The notes: generated by a model from the sequence alone, not told the origin. Positions 47,900 to 57,612 are shown, numbered from the stretch's first letter. The stretch: 62,423 bases of DNA from Candidatus Latescibacterota bacterium (GCA_009691525.1 SICG01000002.1:1-62423), one strand, 5' to 3'. Program-made: numbers and translations.

Positions 47900-48964
47900 A
47901 TGCGAGAAGAATCCAGGGCCTTCCTGGAAGCCCTGGTGCGGGCGCCGGGGCCCTCGGGGTACGAGGGACCAGTGCGCCAGGTGTGGACCGATGAACTGCG
48001 CTCATGCGCCGACGAAATACGGGTGGATGTACACGGCAACGCCATTGCCGTCTGCAACCCGGGCGGCAACCCCCGCATCATGCTGGCCGGCCACATGGAC
48101 GAGCTGGGCTTCCAGGTGTTGCACATCGACGACAAGGGCTATATCTACTTCGACACCATCGGCGGCTTCGACATGTCGATCGTGCCCGGTCGCAAGGTGC
48201 GTATCCACACCCGCAAGGGCGAAGTACTGGGCGTGATCGGCAAACGGCCCATCCATCTGATGAGCGGCGAGGAGCGCAAGAAGGTGCCTGAGCAGCATGA
48301 GCTGTGGATCGACATCGGTGCCAGGGACGCCAAGGAAACGCGCAAACTCGTCGAGGTGGGGGACCCGATCACCTATGACGCCAGTTTCGAAATGCTCCGC
48401 CGCGACCTGGCCATCTCGCGCGGTTTCGACAACAAGATGGGGGCGTACGTGGTGGCTGAGGTGCTGCGCCAGGTAAAACACGGCAAGAAGAAACACAAGG
48501 CGGCCCTCTATGCGGTGGCCACCGCCCAGGAGGAAGTGGGCATGCGCGGTGCCCGGACCAGTACCTTTGGCATAGATCCCCTGGTGGGCATCGCCGTGGA
48601 CGTGACCTTCGCCACCGATCACCCCGGCATGGACAAACGCAAGACGGGCGAGATGAACATCGGCAAGGGGCCGGTGATCAACCGGGGGGCCAATGTCAAT
48701 CCGGTGGTCTTTGAGCGCCTGGTCAGCGCGGCGCGCAAGGAGAAGATTCCCTACCAGGTCTGCGCCGAGCCGGGGGGCACCGGCACCGACGCCAACGCCA
48801 TGCAGGTCAGCCGGGCCGGGGTGGCCGCCGGCCTGGTCAGTGTGCCGCTGCGCTACATGCACACCCCGGTGGAAGTACTCTCGCTCGAGGATCTGGACCA
48901 CACCGTGAGCCTGCTCACAGCATTTGTCCTGGGAATAGACGAAACTACTAGCTTCATCCCCTAA
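47900..48964 (+). CDS. M42-family aminopeptidase (FrvX/CelM-like)
   Basis: 354 aa: PGPSGYE, MLAGHMDELGF, SRGFDNKMG, QEEVGMRGA. Confidence 0.85.
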   Translation: MREESRAFLEALVRAPGPSGYEGPVRQVWTDELRSCADEIRVDVHGNAIAVCNPGGNPRIMLAGHMDELGFQVLHIDDKGYIYFDTIGGFDMSIVPGRKVRIHTRKGEVLGVIGKRPIHLMSGEERKKVPEQHELWIDIGARDAKETRKLVEVGDPITYDASFEMLRRDLAISRGFDNKMGAYVVAEVLRQVKHGKKKHKAALYAVATAQEEVGMRGARTSTFGIDPLVGIAVDVTFATDHPGMDKRKTGEMNIGKGPVINRGANVNPVVFERLVSAARKEKIPYQVCAEPGGTGTDANAMQVSRAGVAAGLVSVPLRYMHTPVEVLSLEDLDHTVSLLTAFVLGIDETTSFIP

Positions 48965-49031
48965 CGGGGCCAGGAGGCCACCATGAAGATCACTCAGGCT
49001 CACGAAACGCTGTACTGAGAAGGGAGTAAAG

Positions 49032-49326
49032 ATGAAGAATCTGGCGACAGCCCTGCTGCTGACCGGGGCCCCGCTGGCCGGCTGCGGCGGCAAGGACGAC
49101 CCCCCCCACCGCCCCGGCCCAGAACGATATCGCGGCAATTTCCAAGGTGCTGGTGGTGACCGGCCCCCGGAAATTGGCCCACTCAGGATGTGAGTAGGTG
49201 GGTGTTGATGAAGGCCTCTGGGATGGGGCCAACGCCCAGGGCAGGGCGGTGGGGAACGGGATGTATTTCTACCTGTTGCAGACCCCGCAATTTACCCAGG
49301 CCCGCAAGATGGCGCTGATCAAATGA
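49032..49326 (+). pseudogene. Collapsed secreted-protein gene: lipoprotein signal peptide plus orphan FlgD-Ig/T9SS-type C-terminal sorting-domain tail, in different frames
   Basis: ATG at 49032 gives MKNLATALLLTGAPLAGCGGKDDPP (lipobox LAGC), followed by a C8 tract at 49100-49107. A different frame from 49198 reads VGVDEGLWDGANAQGRAVGNGMYFYLLQTPQFTQARKMALIK*, a typical C-terminal sorting-domain end. Confidence 0.5.
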
Positions 49327-51014
49327 GCCAGTACCGCGCTGCTATCGCTCAGTGGATCTGCGCTCTGGAGGATGGCCGGCTGCGGCCCCAGTTGGTCTAC
49401 TACTACGGCACCGCCGAGGCCGGCCCTTGGGAGGGCCACTATCTGGAAGCCCTGCGCGCCTTTGTCGCCCGCTGCGGCGGCGAAGGGGAGGTGGTTATCG
49501 CCCGCTGTCCGGCGCAGATGAACCTGATGGGCATGCACATCGATTACGGGGGCATGCCCTCCCTGCGCATGGCGGTGCGCGGGGCCGACACTCTCGCTAT
49601 CGCCAGGCCCAATCCCAGTGGCCAGGTGCGGCTGCACAGCCTGATGCGGGCGGCCGGAGAGGTGGAGAACCGTTTCGCCCCGGCCAGCTTTTCGCTGTCT
49701 GACATGGTCCCCACCGAGCCAGTAGCTACCCGCCAGGCGCTGATGGACTATGCCGGCCGGGTGGATCGCAGCCAGTTAGCTGCCGATTGGGCGGTCCTGC
49801 CCCAGGGAGGACTTATCTTCCTGGAGAGTTATTTCCGGCAGCGACACCCGTTGCAGGGCATGGATTGCCTGGTGTGGAGCAATGTCTCGCCCAGCGGCGG
49901 CATGAGTTCCTCCTCGGCCCTGGTGATTGCCACCGCGTACGCGGCCATGGGCGCCAGCGGCCTGGCCCCCGGGGTGGATATGCCAGAGGAGGACCTGATC
50001 GACGGGATCGGCACCTCCGAGTGGATCAGGGGGACCCGCGGCGGCACTGCCGACCACGGGGGTATGATCCTGGGCCGGACTGGCAAGGTGGTCAGCGTGG
50101 GGGTTTTCCCGGCCAGGACCCTGGGCTACGCAGCCCTGCCCGAGGCGTACGCGGCCCTGATCCTCGACAGCGGGGTACCCCGTGTGTACGACGAGGCCGT
50201 CAAGGAGGAGACGGTGATCGCCTATCCGCTGGGCGCTTTCTTGATCCGCCAGCTGATTCTGCCCCGACTGGCAGGGACCCCTGGATTCGAGGGGTTGCCC
50301 TCCGACTATGCCGAGTGTATTGCCTATATCCGCGACATCACTTGCCAGCGGCTGCGCCTCGGACTGCCCCAGCTCTACCGGGTGCTGCAGGCACTGCCCT
50401 TGATCACCACGTTGGCGGAGGTGGAAAAGCAGGCCGGGGCAGCCTATGCCCCCTTTCACCGGCTGCAGATCGGCGACCGCTTCCAGCGCATCACGCCCGA
50501 TTATCCTATCCGCCTGCGCCGGCGCTTCGCCTTTGGCCTGGCCGAGCAGGACCGGGTGCGGGCTATGCTCGAGTTTCTCAATGCCGGCCGGCTGGCCACT
50601 GCCCTGCAACTGGTGCAGATCGCCCACGACGGGGACCTGGACTGCGAGGTGAGCGACGCCGACCTGGAAAGACGCCGGCAGGCCGCCCTGGCCGGCGAGG
50701 AAGCCGGGCAACTGTGTTTTTTGCCCGGCGGGTACGGGCGCATGACCCCGGCCTACGACCGGGTGGTGCGGGTGATCAATCAGTACCTGGCCGAGCGAGG
50801 TGGTCCCGAGGCCGGGGCGGTGCAGCGTCTGGGGGCCGGTTGGGGGGGCAATGTGGGGGGGCTGGTGCGGCGCGAGTTCCTCAGTGGAGACGAGGGTTCC
50901 AAGTTCGAGCGTCTGCTGCGGGAGGAGTTGGGCATCGAGGTAGAATTGGACTGTTGCCAGGCCCTTCCCGGGGAGGGCGCCTGCCTCTTGCGGGCCCCGG
51001 AGAACAAGGTATGA
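49323..51014 (+). CDS. GHMP-family sugar kinase (galactokinase-like, long form)
   Basis: 563 aa: ARCPAQMNLMGMHIDYGG (GalK signature-like), SNVSPSGGMSSSSALV (GHMP motif II), GGTADHG. Confidence 0.7.
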   Translation: MSQYRAAIAQWICALEDGRLRPQLVYYYGTAEAGPWEGHYLEALRAFVARCGGEGEVVIARCPAQMNLMGMHIDYGGMPSLRMAVRGADTLAIARPNPSGQVRLHSLMRAAGEVENRFAPASFSLSDMVPTEPVATRQALMDYAGRVDRSQLAADWAVLPQGGLIFLESYFRQRHPLQGMDCLVWSNVSPSGGMSSSSALVIATAYAAMGASGLAPGVDMPEEDLIDGIGTSEWIRGTRGGTADHGGMILGRTGKVVSVGVFPARTLGYAALPEAYAALILDSGVPRVYDEAVKEETVIAYPLGAFLIRQLILPRLAGTPGFEGLPSDYAECIAYIRDITCQRLRLGLPQLYRVLQALPLITTLAEVEKQAGAAYAPFHRLQIGDRFQRITPDYPIRLRRRFAFGLAEQDRVRAMLEFLNAGRLATALQLVQIAHDGDLDCEVSDADLERRRQAALAGEEAGQLCFLPGGYGRMTPAYDRVVRVINQYLAERGGPEAGAVQRLGAGWGGNVGGLVRREFLSGDEGSKFERLLREELGIEVELDCCQALPGEGACLLRAPENKV

Positions 51015-52198
51015 GGGGGTTGCTGGCCGGGGTGCGGGTGTTGGACTTCACCCGGGTGCTGGCCGGCCCGTACGCCTCGATGGTGATGGCCGACCTGGGG
51101 GCCGAGGTCATCAAGGTGGAATTGCCCGGCCAGGGGGACGAGTCGCGGGGATTCGGGCCTTTTCAGCAGGGCGAGAGTGCGTACTTCATGAGCGTCAACC
51201 GGGGCAAGAAAAGCGTCACACTAGATCTGCGCATTCCGCGAGGGCAGGAACTGGCCCGGCAGTTGGCCGGCAAATGCCAGGTGTTGATCGAGAATTTTCG
51301 CCCTGGCAGCATGGCCCGTTTCGGGCTGGGCTGGGAGGAACTGCACCGGCACTGTCCGGGGCTGGTCTATGCCTCTATTTCTGGATTTGGGCAGACGGGT
51401 CCGTACGCCGGCCGTCCGGCGTACGACGTGGTGATCCAGGCGATGAGCGGCCTGGCCAGCATCACCGGCCACCCAGGAATGCCGCCGGTGCGGGTGGGCT
51501 CCTCGGTCGCCGATCTGAGCGCGGCACTCTTCGGGGTGATCGGCATCCTGGCGGCCCTGGCCCGCGTCAGGGAAACGGGCGAAGGGCAGCAAGTGGACAT
51601 CTCCATGTTAGACTGTCAGGTGGCCTTGCTGGAGAACGCCATCGCCCGCTACCAGGTCACCGGGGAGGTGCCCGGCCCCCTGGGCTCGCGCCATCCGACC
51701 ATCACCCCCTTCCAGTTTTTCGAGACCGCCGAGGGGTACCTGGTGGTCGCTGCCGGCAACGACAGCCTGTGGCAGCGCCTGTGTGCGGCCCTGGGCCTGG
51801 AACAAGTAGCGGGGGATCCCCGCTTTGCCACCAATGCCCTGCGCACCCAGCACCACACCGCACTCGAAGCAGCCCTCGCCCCGGCCTTCCGCACTCAGAG
51901 CGTCGCCCATTGGTGCCAGGTGCTGGAAGAAGCCGGGGTACCCTGCGGCCCTATCTGCGATATCGCCCAGGTGGTGGCCGATCCCCAGGTGCGGGCCAGG
52001 GGTATGATCACCAGCCAGGATCACCCGCGGGCCGGCGAGGTGGTCATGCCGGCGTCACCGCTGAAGTTCTCGGCCACGCCCGTAGAACCGGGCGCGCCAG
52101 CCCCGCTGCTGGGGCAGCATACCGGGGAGGTCTTGGGTGGGTTGTTGGGCCTGCCCGAGGCGGAACTGGACGAATTGCGCCGCATCGCCGTCATCTGA
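51011..52198 (+). CDS. Family III CoA-transferase (CaiB/BaiF)
   Basis: ATG at 51011 overlaps the kinase stop (ATGA). VRVLDFTRVLAGPYASMVMADLGAEVIKVE, YFMSVNRGKKS, GYDVVIQAMSG-like context. Confidence 0.85.
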   Translation: MRGLLAGVRVLDFTRVLAGPYASMVMADLGAEVIKVELPGQGDESRGFGPFQQGESAYFMSVNRGKKSVTLDLRIPRGQELARQLAGKCQVLIENFRPGSMARFGLGWEELHRHCPGLVYASISGFGQTGPYAGRPAYDVVIQAMSGLASITGHPGMPPVRVGSSVADLSAALFGVIGILAALARVRETGEGQQVDISMLDCQVALLENAIARYQVTGEVPGPLGSRHPTITPFQFFETAEGYLVVAAGNDSLWQRLCAALGLEQVAGDPRFATNALRTQHHTALEAALAPAFRTQSVAHWCQVLEEAGVPCGPICDIAQVVADPQVRARGMITSQDHPRAGEVVMPASPLKFSATPVEPGAPAPLLGQHTGEVLGGLLGLPEAELDELRRIAVI

Positions 52199-52203
52199 GG
52201 TCC

Positions 52204-53571
52204 TCACACCCGCCGCGTCTTCCATTTTCCCCGCTGGAACCAGAAAAGTTTCAACAGGCCCTCCACCGCCGAGGCGATAACAAAGCTGTACCACAGGCCG
52301 TCGGTGCCCAGGCCGCCGAGATGCGGCAGCGTATAGAGCAAGGTCATCAGGAGAGGCAGGCGCGCAACCAGAGCGAAGACCAGGGGTGAAAGCGTGTCGC
52401 CGGCCCCCTGCAGGGCGCGGCCCAGGATCAGGTTGAGGGACATAAAAAGAAAGCCCGGGCTGAAGACGTGCAGGCAATCGGTGCCCAGGGCGAGGGTCTG
52501 CGTGTCGGTGGTGAAGAGGCCGATGATCGCCGCGGCGCCCAGGTAGTAGGCGACGGCCCCGCCCAGGAGCACCACCCCGTACAGGCCGGTGATGATCCAG
52601 GCGCTGCGGGCGGCCCGCTCGGGTTTGCCGGCCCCCAGGTTCTGCCCCACCAGGGTGGCGGCCGCGCCGCTCAGGCCAAAGCCGATGACCATCATCAGCA
52701 TGGTACTGCGCGCCGCCACTCCGAAGGCGGCCACGGCCGTGGTGCCAAAGGCGGCGATGAAGTAGTTGGCCAGGATGTCGGCCACCCCGTAACAGCCGAT
52801 TTGCAGTGAGCCGGGCAGGGCGATGCGCAACATGCGGCCGATGAGGGGGAAATCGGGCCGCAGGTCGGCCAGGCGCAGGCCGATTTCTTGGTTTCTGAAG
52901 AGCAGGCGGAGCACCAGCACACCCGCGACGCCTCGCGAGAGCACCGTGGCCAGGGCCGCCCCGGGCACCCCCAGGGCGGGAACGGGCCCCCAGCCGAAGA
53001 TGAAGAGCGGGGCCAGCAGGATGTTGGCCCCAAAGGCGATGGCCCCCAGACGCATGGGGGTGTGGGCGTCGCCGATACTCTGCAAGATGCCGCTGGTGAA
53101 GAAGAGGGAGACGGTGGCGACCACACCCAGGAAGAAGATCTGCAGATAGGCGCTGCCCTGGGCCACCACCTCGGGCGAGGCGCCGATGAGTTTGAGCAGA
53201 TCGTCGCGCCAGATTTCGCCGTTGGCCGCCAGCAGGACAGAGAGCACCGCGGCCATCAGTAGGGCCTGGCCTATCACCCTGCGGGTCATTGCCAGATCCC
53301 GCGCCCCGTAGAAGCGGGACACCATCGCCCGCATGCCCATGTCGATACCGATCACCAGGGTCATCACCAGTTGGATGATGGCCCCGCTCATCGAGACCCC
53401 GGCGATGGCGTCTGGTCCCAGCCGCCCGACAAAAATCATGTCGAAGATGCTGGAGGAGGTCTGGAGAAAATTGCCCAGCATCATCGGCCAACTCAGGCGC
53501 AGGATCGCGGCCAGCAGCGGCCCTTCGGTGAGGGGGTTGGCGGGAGGGGCGGCTGGGGGGGCCGTCCTCAC
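52204..53571 (-). CDS. MATE-family efflux transporter
   Basis: The track ORF extends to 53814. GTG at 53571 overlaps the upstream stop (GTGA) and gives ..LTEGPLLAAILRLSWPMMLGNFLQTS. Twelve TM segments. Confidence 0.8.
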   Translation of the reverse strand: MRTAPPAAPPANPLTEGPLLAAILRLSWPMMLGNFLQTSSSIFDMIFVGRLGPDAIAGVSMSGAIIQLVMTLVIGIDMGMRAMVSRFYGARDLAMTRRVIGQALLMAAVLSVLLAANGEIWRDDLLKLIGASPEVVAQGSAYLQIFFLGVVATVSLFFTSGILQSIGDAHTPMRLGAIAFGANILLAPLFIFGWGPVPALGVPGAALATVLSRGVAGVLVLRLLFRNQEIGLRLADLRPDFPLIGRMLRIALPGSLQIGCYGVADILANYFIAAFGTTAVAAFGVAARSTMLMMVIGFGLSGAAATLVGQNLGAGKPERAARSAWIITGLYGVVLLGGAVAYYLGAAAIIGLFTTDTQTLALGTDCLHVFSPGFLFMSLNLILGRALQGAGDTLSPLVFALVARLPLLMTLLYTLPHLGGLGTDGLWYSFVIASAVEGLLKLFWFQRGKWKTRRV

Positions 53572-54566
53572 GCCCAGGGCGCAGCCACGCCCAGTTCCTC
53601 GCCCGTCTTCTTCAGGCGCTCCAGATCCTCGATGCCCATGGGGATGCCCTCCTGGACGTATTCCTGGGTCTTGCGGTATTCCATGGTGCCCGGCAGCGTG
53701 GCTTCGTCGTAGCCCTTGAGGGGGATCATCTCCTCGCGCACGTGGCTGATCAGGGCGTCGATCCCGGCGCGCACCTGGGTGGCCGGGGCGAAGAGGCCCA
53801 GGTCCATCACCCACACCAAGCTGCCCAGGCGGGCGCCGGGCCAGCGCTCGGCGACGGCGCGAGCCTCCTCCTGCCCCTGGCCGACGAAAACCCCGCCCAA
53901 GGCGGTGGCGATACCGGTATACCCCATCGATTTGAAGAAGGCGGCGGGAATCAGGGCTTCGATGGCCTCAATCTCGTGACCGCGCTGATAGTCGGCCAGG
54001 ATACAAGTGGCCCCGTCCAGCACCAGGGGGGGGCCTGCTAGGCCGGGCAGGCCAAAACACAGAGGCGGGTTGCCGTAGTTGGCGGCCCGTTTGTCCTGGT
54101 TGGAGGGGTAGTACTGGGGATAGGCGCCCTGTACTGAAAAAGCGAAACAACCCTCCTCCATGGCCCGGTGGACGTAGTGGCCGGCCGAGCCGTAGTGGCC
54201 CAGGTGGCAGGCGGCACCCACGGCCACACCTTTGGCCTTGGCTTTTTCAATGGCCTTTTCGGTGGCCAGCATGGTGGGGGCGTACCCCAGGCCGCCGTCT
54301 CCATCGATGAAGACATGGGTGTCGGTCTCGCGGATGACCTTCAGGTTGGGCCGGGGATTGACCCGGCCGCTCTTGAGCGTAGGGCAGTACCCGCCGATAG
54401 TGCGGATGCCGTGGGAACGCACCCCGCGCAGCTCGGAATTGGTCAGCAGCTGGGCCAGCTGGTCGGCGTGCTCCGCCAACAGGCCGGAGGCCTTGAGGCA
54501 GGCAGCGGCATAGGAACGGAGTTGGTCGGCAGGGATACGCTTGAAGTTTTCGGGTGGACGGTTCAT
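53568..54566 (-). CDS. Ldh_2-family (malate/L-lactate dehydrogenase type 2) NAD(P)H oxidoreductase
   Basis: 332 aa: ELRGVRSHGI, IDGDGGLGY, HLGHYGSAGHY, PLCFGLP. Confidence 0.75.
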   Translation of the reverse strand: MNRPPENFKRIPADQLRSYAAACLKASGLLAEHADQLAQLLTNSELRGVRSHGIRTIGGYCPTLKSGRVNPRPNLKVIRETDTHVFIDGDGGLGYAPTMLATEKAIEKAKAKGVAVGAACHLGHYGSAGHYVHRAMEEGCFAFSVQGAYPQYYPSNQDKRAANYGNPPLCFGLPGLAGPPLVLDGATCILADYQRGHEIEAIEALIPAAFFKSMGYTGIATALGGVFVGQGQEEARAVAERWPGARLGSLVWVMDLGLFAPATQVRAGIDALISHVREEMIPLKGYDEATLPGTMEYRKTQEYVQEGIPMGIEDLERLKKTGEELGVAAPWA

Positions 54567-54593
54567 CTAGAGAAAGGCTCGTCTGTTTTAGGT

Positions 54594-56156
54594 TTACTGC
54601 TTGAATTTCAGCGCCCGGCCTGGCAGGGGGGTGGGCAGGTCCTTTACTTCGGCGCTGTCGCGGATGATGGGCACGCCATTGACGATCACCTGCTCGATGC
54701 CGGTGCAGAACTGGTGAGGGTCTTTGTAGGTGGCCCGGTCAGCCACGGTCTGGGAATCGAAGACCACCACATCGGCAAAGGCCCCTTCCCTAAGTAGGCC
54801 GCGGTCCTTGAGGCCAAAGCGGACCGAAGGGTAGGCGCTGAGCTTGTACACCGCGTCTTCGAGGGTAAAGAGGTGGTGGTCGCGCACGCAGGAGCCCAGC
54901 AGCCGGCCGGCAGACCCGTACATACGCGGGTGGACCGCCCCGTCGGGAAAGTAGATCCCATCGGTGCCCATCATGTACTTCTCGTGGGCCAGGAAGGGGA
55001 AGACCAGTTGGTCGTCGCCGTAGTGGAAGACCAGGAGGACAGCGAGATGCTCCTCGATGAGCAGGTCGCACAGGGCGTCGGCAGCCGGCTTGCCCACCGC
55101 CCCCACGTACTCGGCCAGGCTCTTGCCCAGGTAGCGGGAGTTCTCCTTGCCCGGCAGCCAGGCGATGAAGGTCTGGTCCAGTTTGTACGCGGCCAGGCCC
55201 TGGGCAAAGCGGGCGCGGATTTGCGGCTCGCGCAGCCGGGGCAATACCCCCATCGGCCCCTCCTCCCACACCTCGTAGGGCAACAGGAAGTTGAGCATGG
55301 TGGAGCCGGGCAGGTAGGGGTAGACATCGAAAGAGAAATCCACCTCGTGTACCGCGGTTTTGTCGATGTAGGTGAGGATGGCGTCGATCTGCTCGGGGGT
55401 GGTGCCCTTGAGGTGAGAGATGTGAACCGGCACGCCAGCGCGCCGGCCGATCTCCACCGCCTCCTTCACTCCTTCCAGAGTGCCCTTCTTGTAGCGCACA
55501 TGGCTGACATAGAGCCCGCCCTGGGCAGCCATGGGGGCGCAGGCCTCGGCCAATTCGGCAGTGGAGGCGAAACATTCGGAGATATAGTCCAACCCAGTGG
55601 AGAGGCCCACCGCGCCTTCGGCCATGCCTTGTTCGACTAGGGAGCGGATCTGGGCCATCTGGAAATCGTCCGGCGCTGCTCTTCCGTACCCGTAGGCCAG
55701 GACCCGCACATTGGCGTAGGGAAGGTGGGTGATGGCGTTCTGCACGCAGCGACCGTCGAGCCGGGCCATGTACTCGCCCAGGCTCTGCCAGCCGCTATAC
55801 TCCTCGTAGAGCAGGGCGTTGAGGGCCCGCATGTAGAAGATCCAGTCGGGTGCGGAGTGGCGATCCACCGGGGCATAGGAGATGCCGTCGGCCATGATCA
55901 CCTCGCTGGTGAACCCCTGGGTGGTCTTGGGCAGCAGGTGGGGAATCTTGAGCAGCCAGGCGTCGGAGTGGTTGTGGACATCGACAAAGCCGGGGGCGAC
56001 GATCTTGCCTGCCGCGTCGATGCGTTGGCGGGCTTCTTCCTGGTGCAGATCCCCCAGCGCGGCGATGCGGTCGTTGCGGATGCCCACATCGACCCGGTGC
56101 CGGGGCGCGCGGCTGCCGTCGATCAGGGTGCCGTTGGTGATGATCAGGTCGTACAA
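54594..56156 (-). CDS. N-acyl-D-amino-acid deacylase (D-aminoacylase), amidohydrolase superfamily
   Basis: 520 aa: MYDLIITNGTLIDGS, APGFVDVHNHSD, VHISHLK, GTDG, DVVVFD. Confidence 0.8.
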   Translation of the reverse strand: MYDLIITNGTLIDGSRAPRHRVDVGIRNDRIAALGDLHQEEARQRIDAAGKIVAPGFVDVHNHSDAWLLKIPHLLPKTTQGFTSEVIMADGISYAPVDRHSAPDWIFYMRALNALLYEEYSGWQSLGEYMARLDGRCVQNAITHLPYANVRVLAYGYGRAAPDDFQMAQIRSLVEQGMAEGAVGLSTGLDYISECFASTAELAEACAPMAAQGGLYVSHVRYKKGTLEGVKEAVEIGRRAGVPVHISHLKGTTPEQIDAILTYIDKTAVHEVDFSFDVYPYLPGSTMLNFLLPYEVWEEGPMGVLPRLREPQIRARFAQGLAAYKLDQTFIAWLPGKENSRYLGKSLAEYVGAVGKPAADALCDLLIEEHLAVLLVFHYGDDQLVFPFLAHEKYMMGTDGIYFPDGAVHPRMYGSAGRLLGSCVRDHHLFTLEDAVYKLSAYPSVRFGLKDRGLLREGAFADVVVFDSQTVADRATYKDPHQFCTGIEQVIVNGVPIIRDSAEVKDLPTPLPGRALKFKQ

Positions 56157-56196
56157 TGCAGCTCTCCTTGTCGCTCAGGTTGAATGGGGGCGCGGA

Positions 56197-57612
56197 TCAC
56201 AAAAGTTCAACCTCCAGATCGTCGAACCAGGTGGTGCCCGGCCCGTCCTGGCGCAGGATGAGGCACAGGGCGTGGATGGCCGGCGGCGGCGGTCCGTGGA
56301 TTTCCACCTGCACCCGGGTCCAGTCGTGGGTGCCCACCAATTTCTGCGAACAGTGATAGGGATAGCGCTCGGGGTTGTACTCGTTGTGTACATCCCAGCG
56401 CAGGGCCAAAAAGGAACCCCGGCCACCCACATTCTGGGTTTTGATGTACACCGAGACTCTGAAGCCGATGGCCGGCGTCCATTTCTGGGTCCAGGCCCCG
56501 TCCCCCTCGCGGTCCATGATCCACTCGGTGGGACCGGCGTGTTCTTTGGCGATCATCAGCGAGTGATCGTCGCTGCGGCCAAAGTCGCGGCACCAGCGGG
56601 CCCCTTGGCCCTGGGGCAGCCAGGGCCAGGGGTCAGTGGGCCCCCCAGTGGGCTGGTCCAGGCGCAGGGGGCGGGCAAAACTGGTGCGGCGCTCATACAA
56701 GGGCAGCTCGGTGCAGCCGGCGTACTCCACTTTGGGTACGGGCGCGGCGGCCTCTTGCAGCGCCTGTGCCTTGGTATCTGGGCAGAGGCGCACGCGAAAA
56801 CGCTCGCAGATGGGGGCGTAGAGTTCGTCGCGGGTGTAGCGGGCCAGCAGGTGCAGGTCGTAGCCCCAATTGCACACGGCCAGGGCGCTGCGGCTGGCAG
56901 TGGCCCCGACAAATTCGAAGGCCGGGTTGTTGCCCTCGTCGTGAGCCAGGACCAGCAAGCCGCCCTCCCGAAAAGACTGCGGGCAGGGGATGCCGGTGGC
57001 CAGGTGATTGAGCGGCATCTGCCACACGGACCCATCGCCCTGCTCGGCCAGCAGATGGGTATAGCGTTTGCGCCACATACCGGGGAACTCGACGGTGGGC
57101 CCGGGCACGTCGCAGTACCAGGGATCGCTGTACTGGAGGGTAAGGTGTTCACCGCCGCCGAATTCGCGGGGGTTGTCGAAGACCTCGGGGCTGTGGATTT
57201 CGAGATGGGCGGCAAAAGCGTAGATATAAGACCCGCGTTCCGGGTCGTAGCTGAGGGTGAGCACCCGGCGCGAGGTGGCCACCCCGCCCGGCTCGCGGCT
57301 GATGAGGGTCAGCACCAACTGTTCGCTCTCCTGCCCCTGCACCTGCAGGTCCACCAGTTCCGAGGTGATGAGGGTGCGCAGATTCCAGAAGAGTTGGACC
57401 CCGGCGACCAGGGGTCTTCCCCCTGGGGCGAGCACCAGTTGGCGCAGTTCCAGTGGCTTGAGGTTTTGGTTGAAATAGCGTAAGTTTTGCTCCGGCTGTT
57501 CAACCAGGGCGCGCGTCAGGCACGCGATGGGTTTTTCGCCGTCGCAGATCCACTGTTCTCCGGCGCACACGCCACCAGAGGTGCGCAGAGCGAAAAGCGG
57601 GCGGTGGGGCAT
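56197..57612 (-). CDS. Hypothetical protein with C-terminal galactose-binding/CBM4_9-like domain
   Basis: The track ORF extends to 57906. ATG at 57612 gives MPHRPLFAL.., 471 aa. The C-terminus ([17 protein letters not shown]...[12 protein letters not shown]...[12 protein letters not shown]...[13 protein letters not shown]) looks like a CBM-type beta-sandwich. I did not recognise the N-terminal two thirds. Confidence 0.5.
   Translation of the reverse strand: MPHRPLFALRTSGGVCAGEQWICDGEKPIACLTRALVEQPEQNLRYFNQNLKPLELRQLVLAPGGRPLVAGVQLFWNLRTLITSELVDLQVQGQESEQLVLTLISREPGGVATSRRVLTLSYDPERGSYIYAFAAHLEIHSPEVFDNPREFGGGEHLTLQYSDPWYCDVPGPTVEFPGMWRKRYTHLLAEQGDGSVWQMPLNHLATGIPCPQSFREGGLLVLAHDEGNNPAFEFVGATASRSALAVCNWGYDLHLLARYTRDELYAPICERFRVRLCPDTKAQALQEAAAPVPKVEYAGCTELPLYERRTSFARPLRLDQPTGGPTDPWPWLPQGQGARWCRDFGRSDDHSLMIAKEHAGPTEWIMDREGDGAWTQKWTPAIGFRVSVYIKTQNVGGRGSFLALRWDVHNEYNPERYPYHCSQKLVGTHDWTRVQVEIHGPPPPAIHALCLILRQDGPGTTWFDDLEVELL

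Noticed and set aside
53572-53814. N-terminal 81-codon extension of the MATE transporter ORF.
   Set aside because: It overlaps the 3' end of the Ldh_2 gene in another frame and is Gly/Pro/Arg-rich. GTG at 53571 gives the usual MATE N-terminus and a GTGA coupling.
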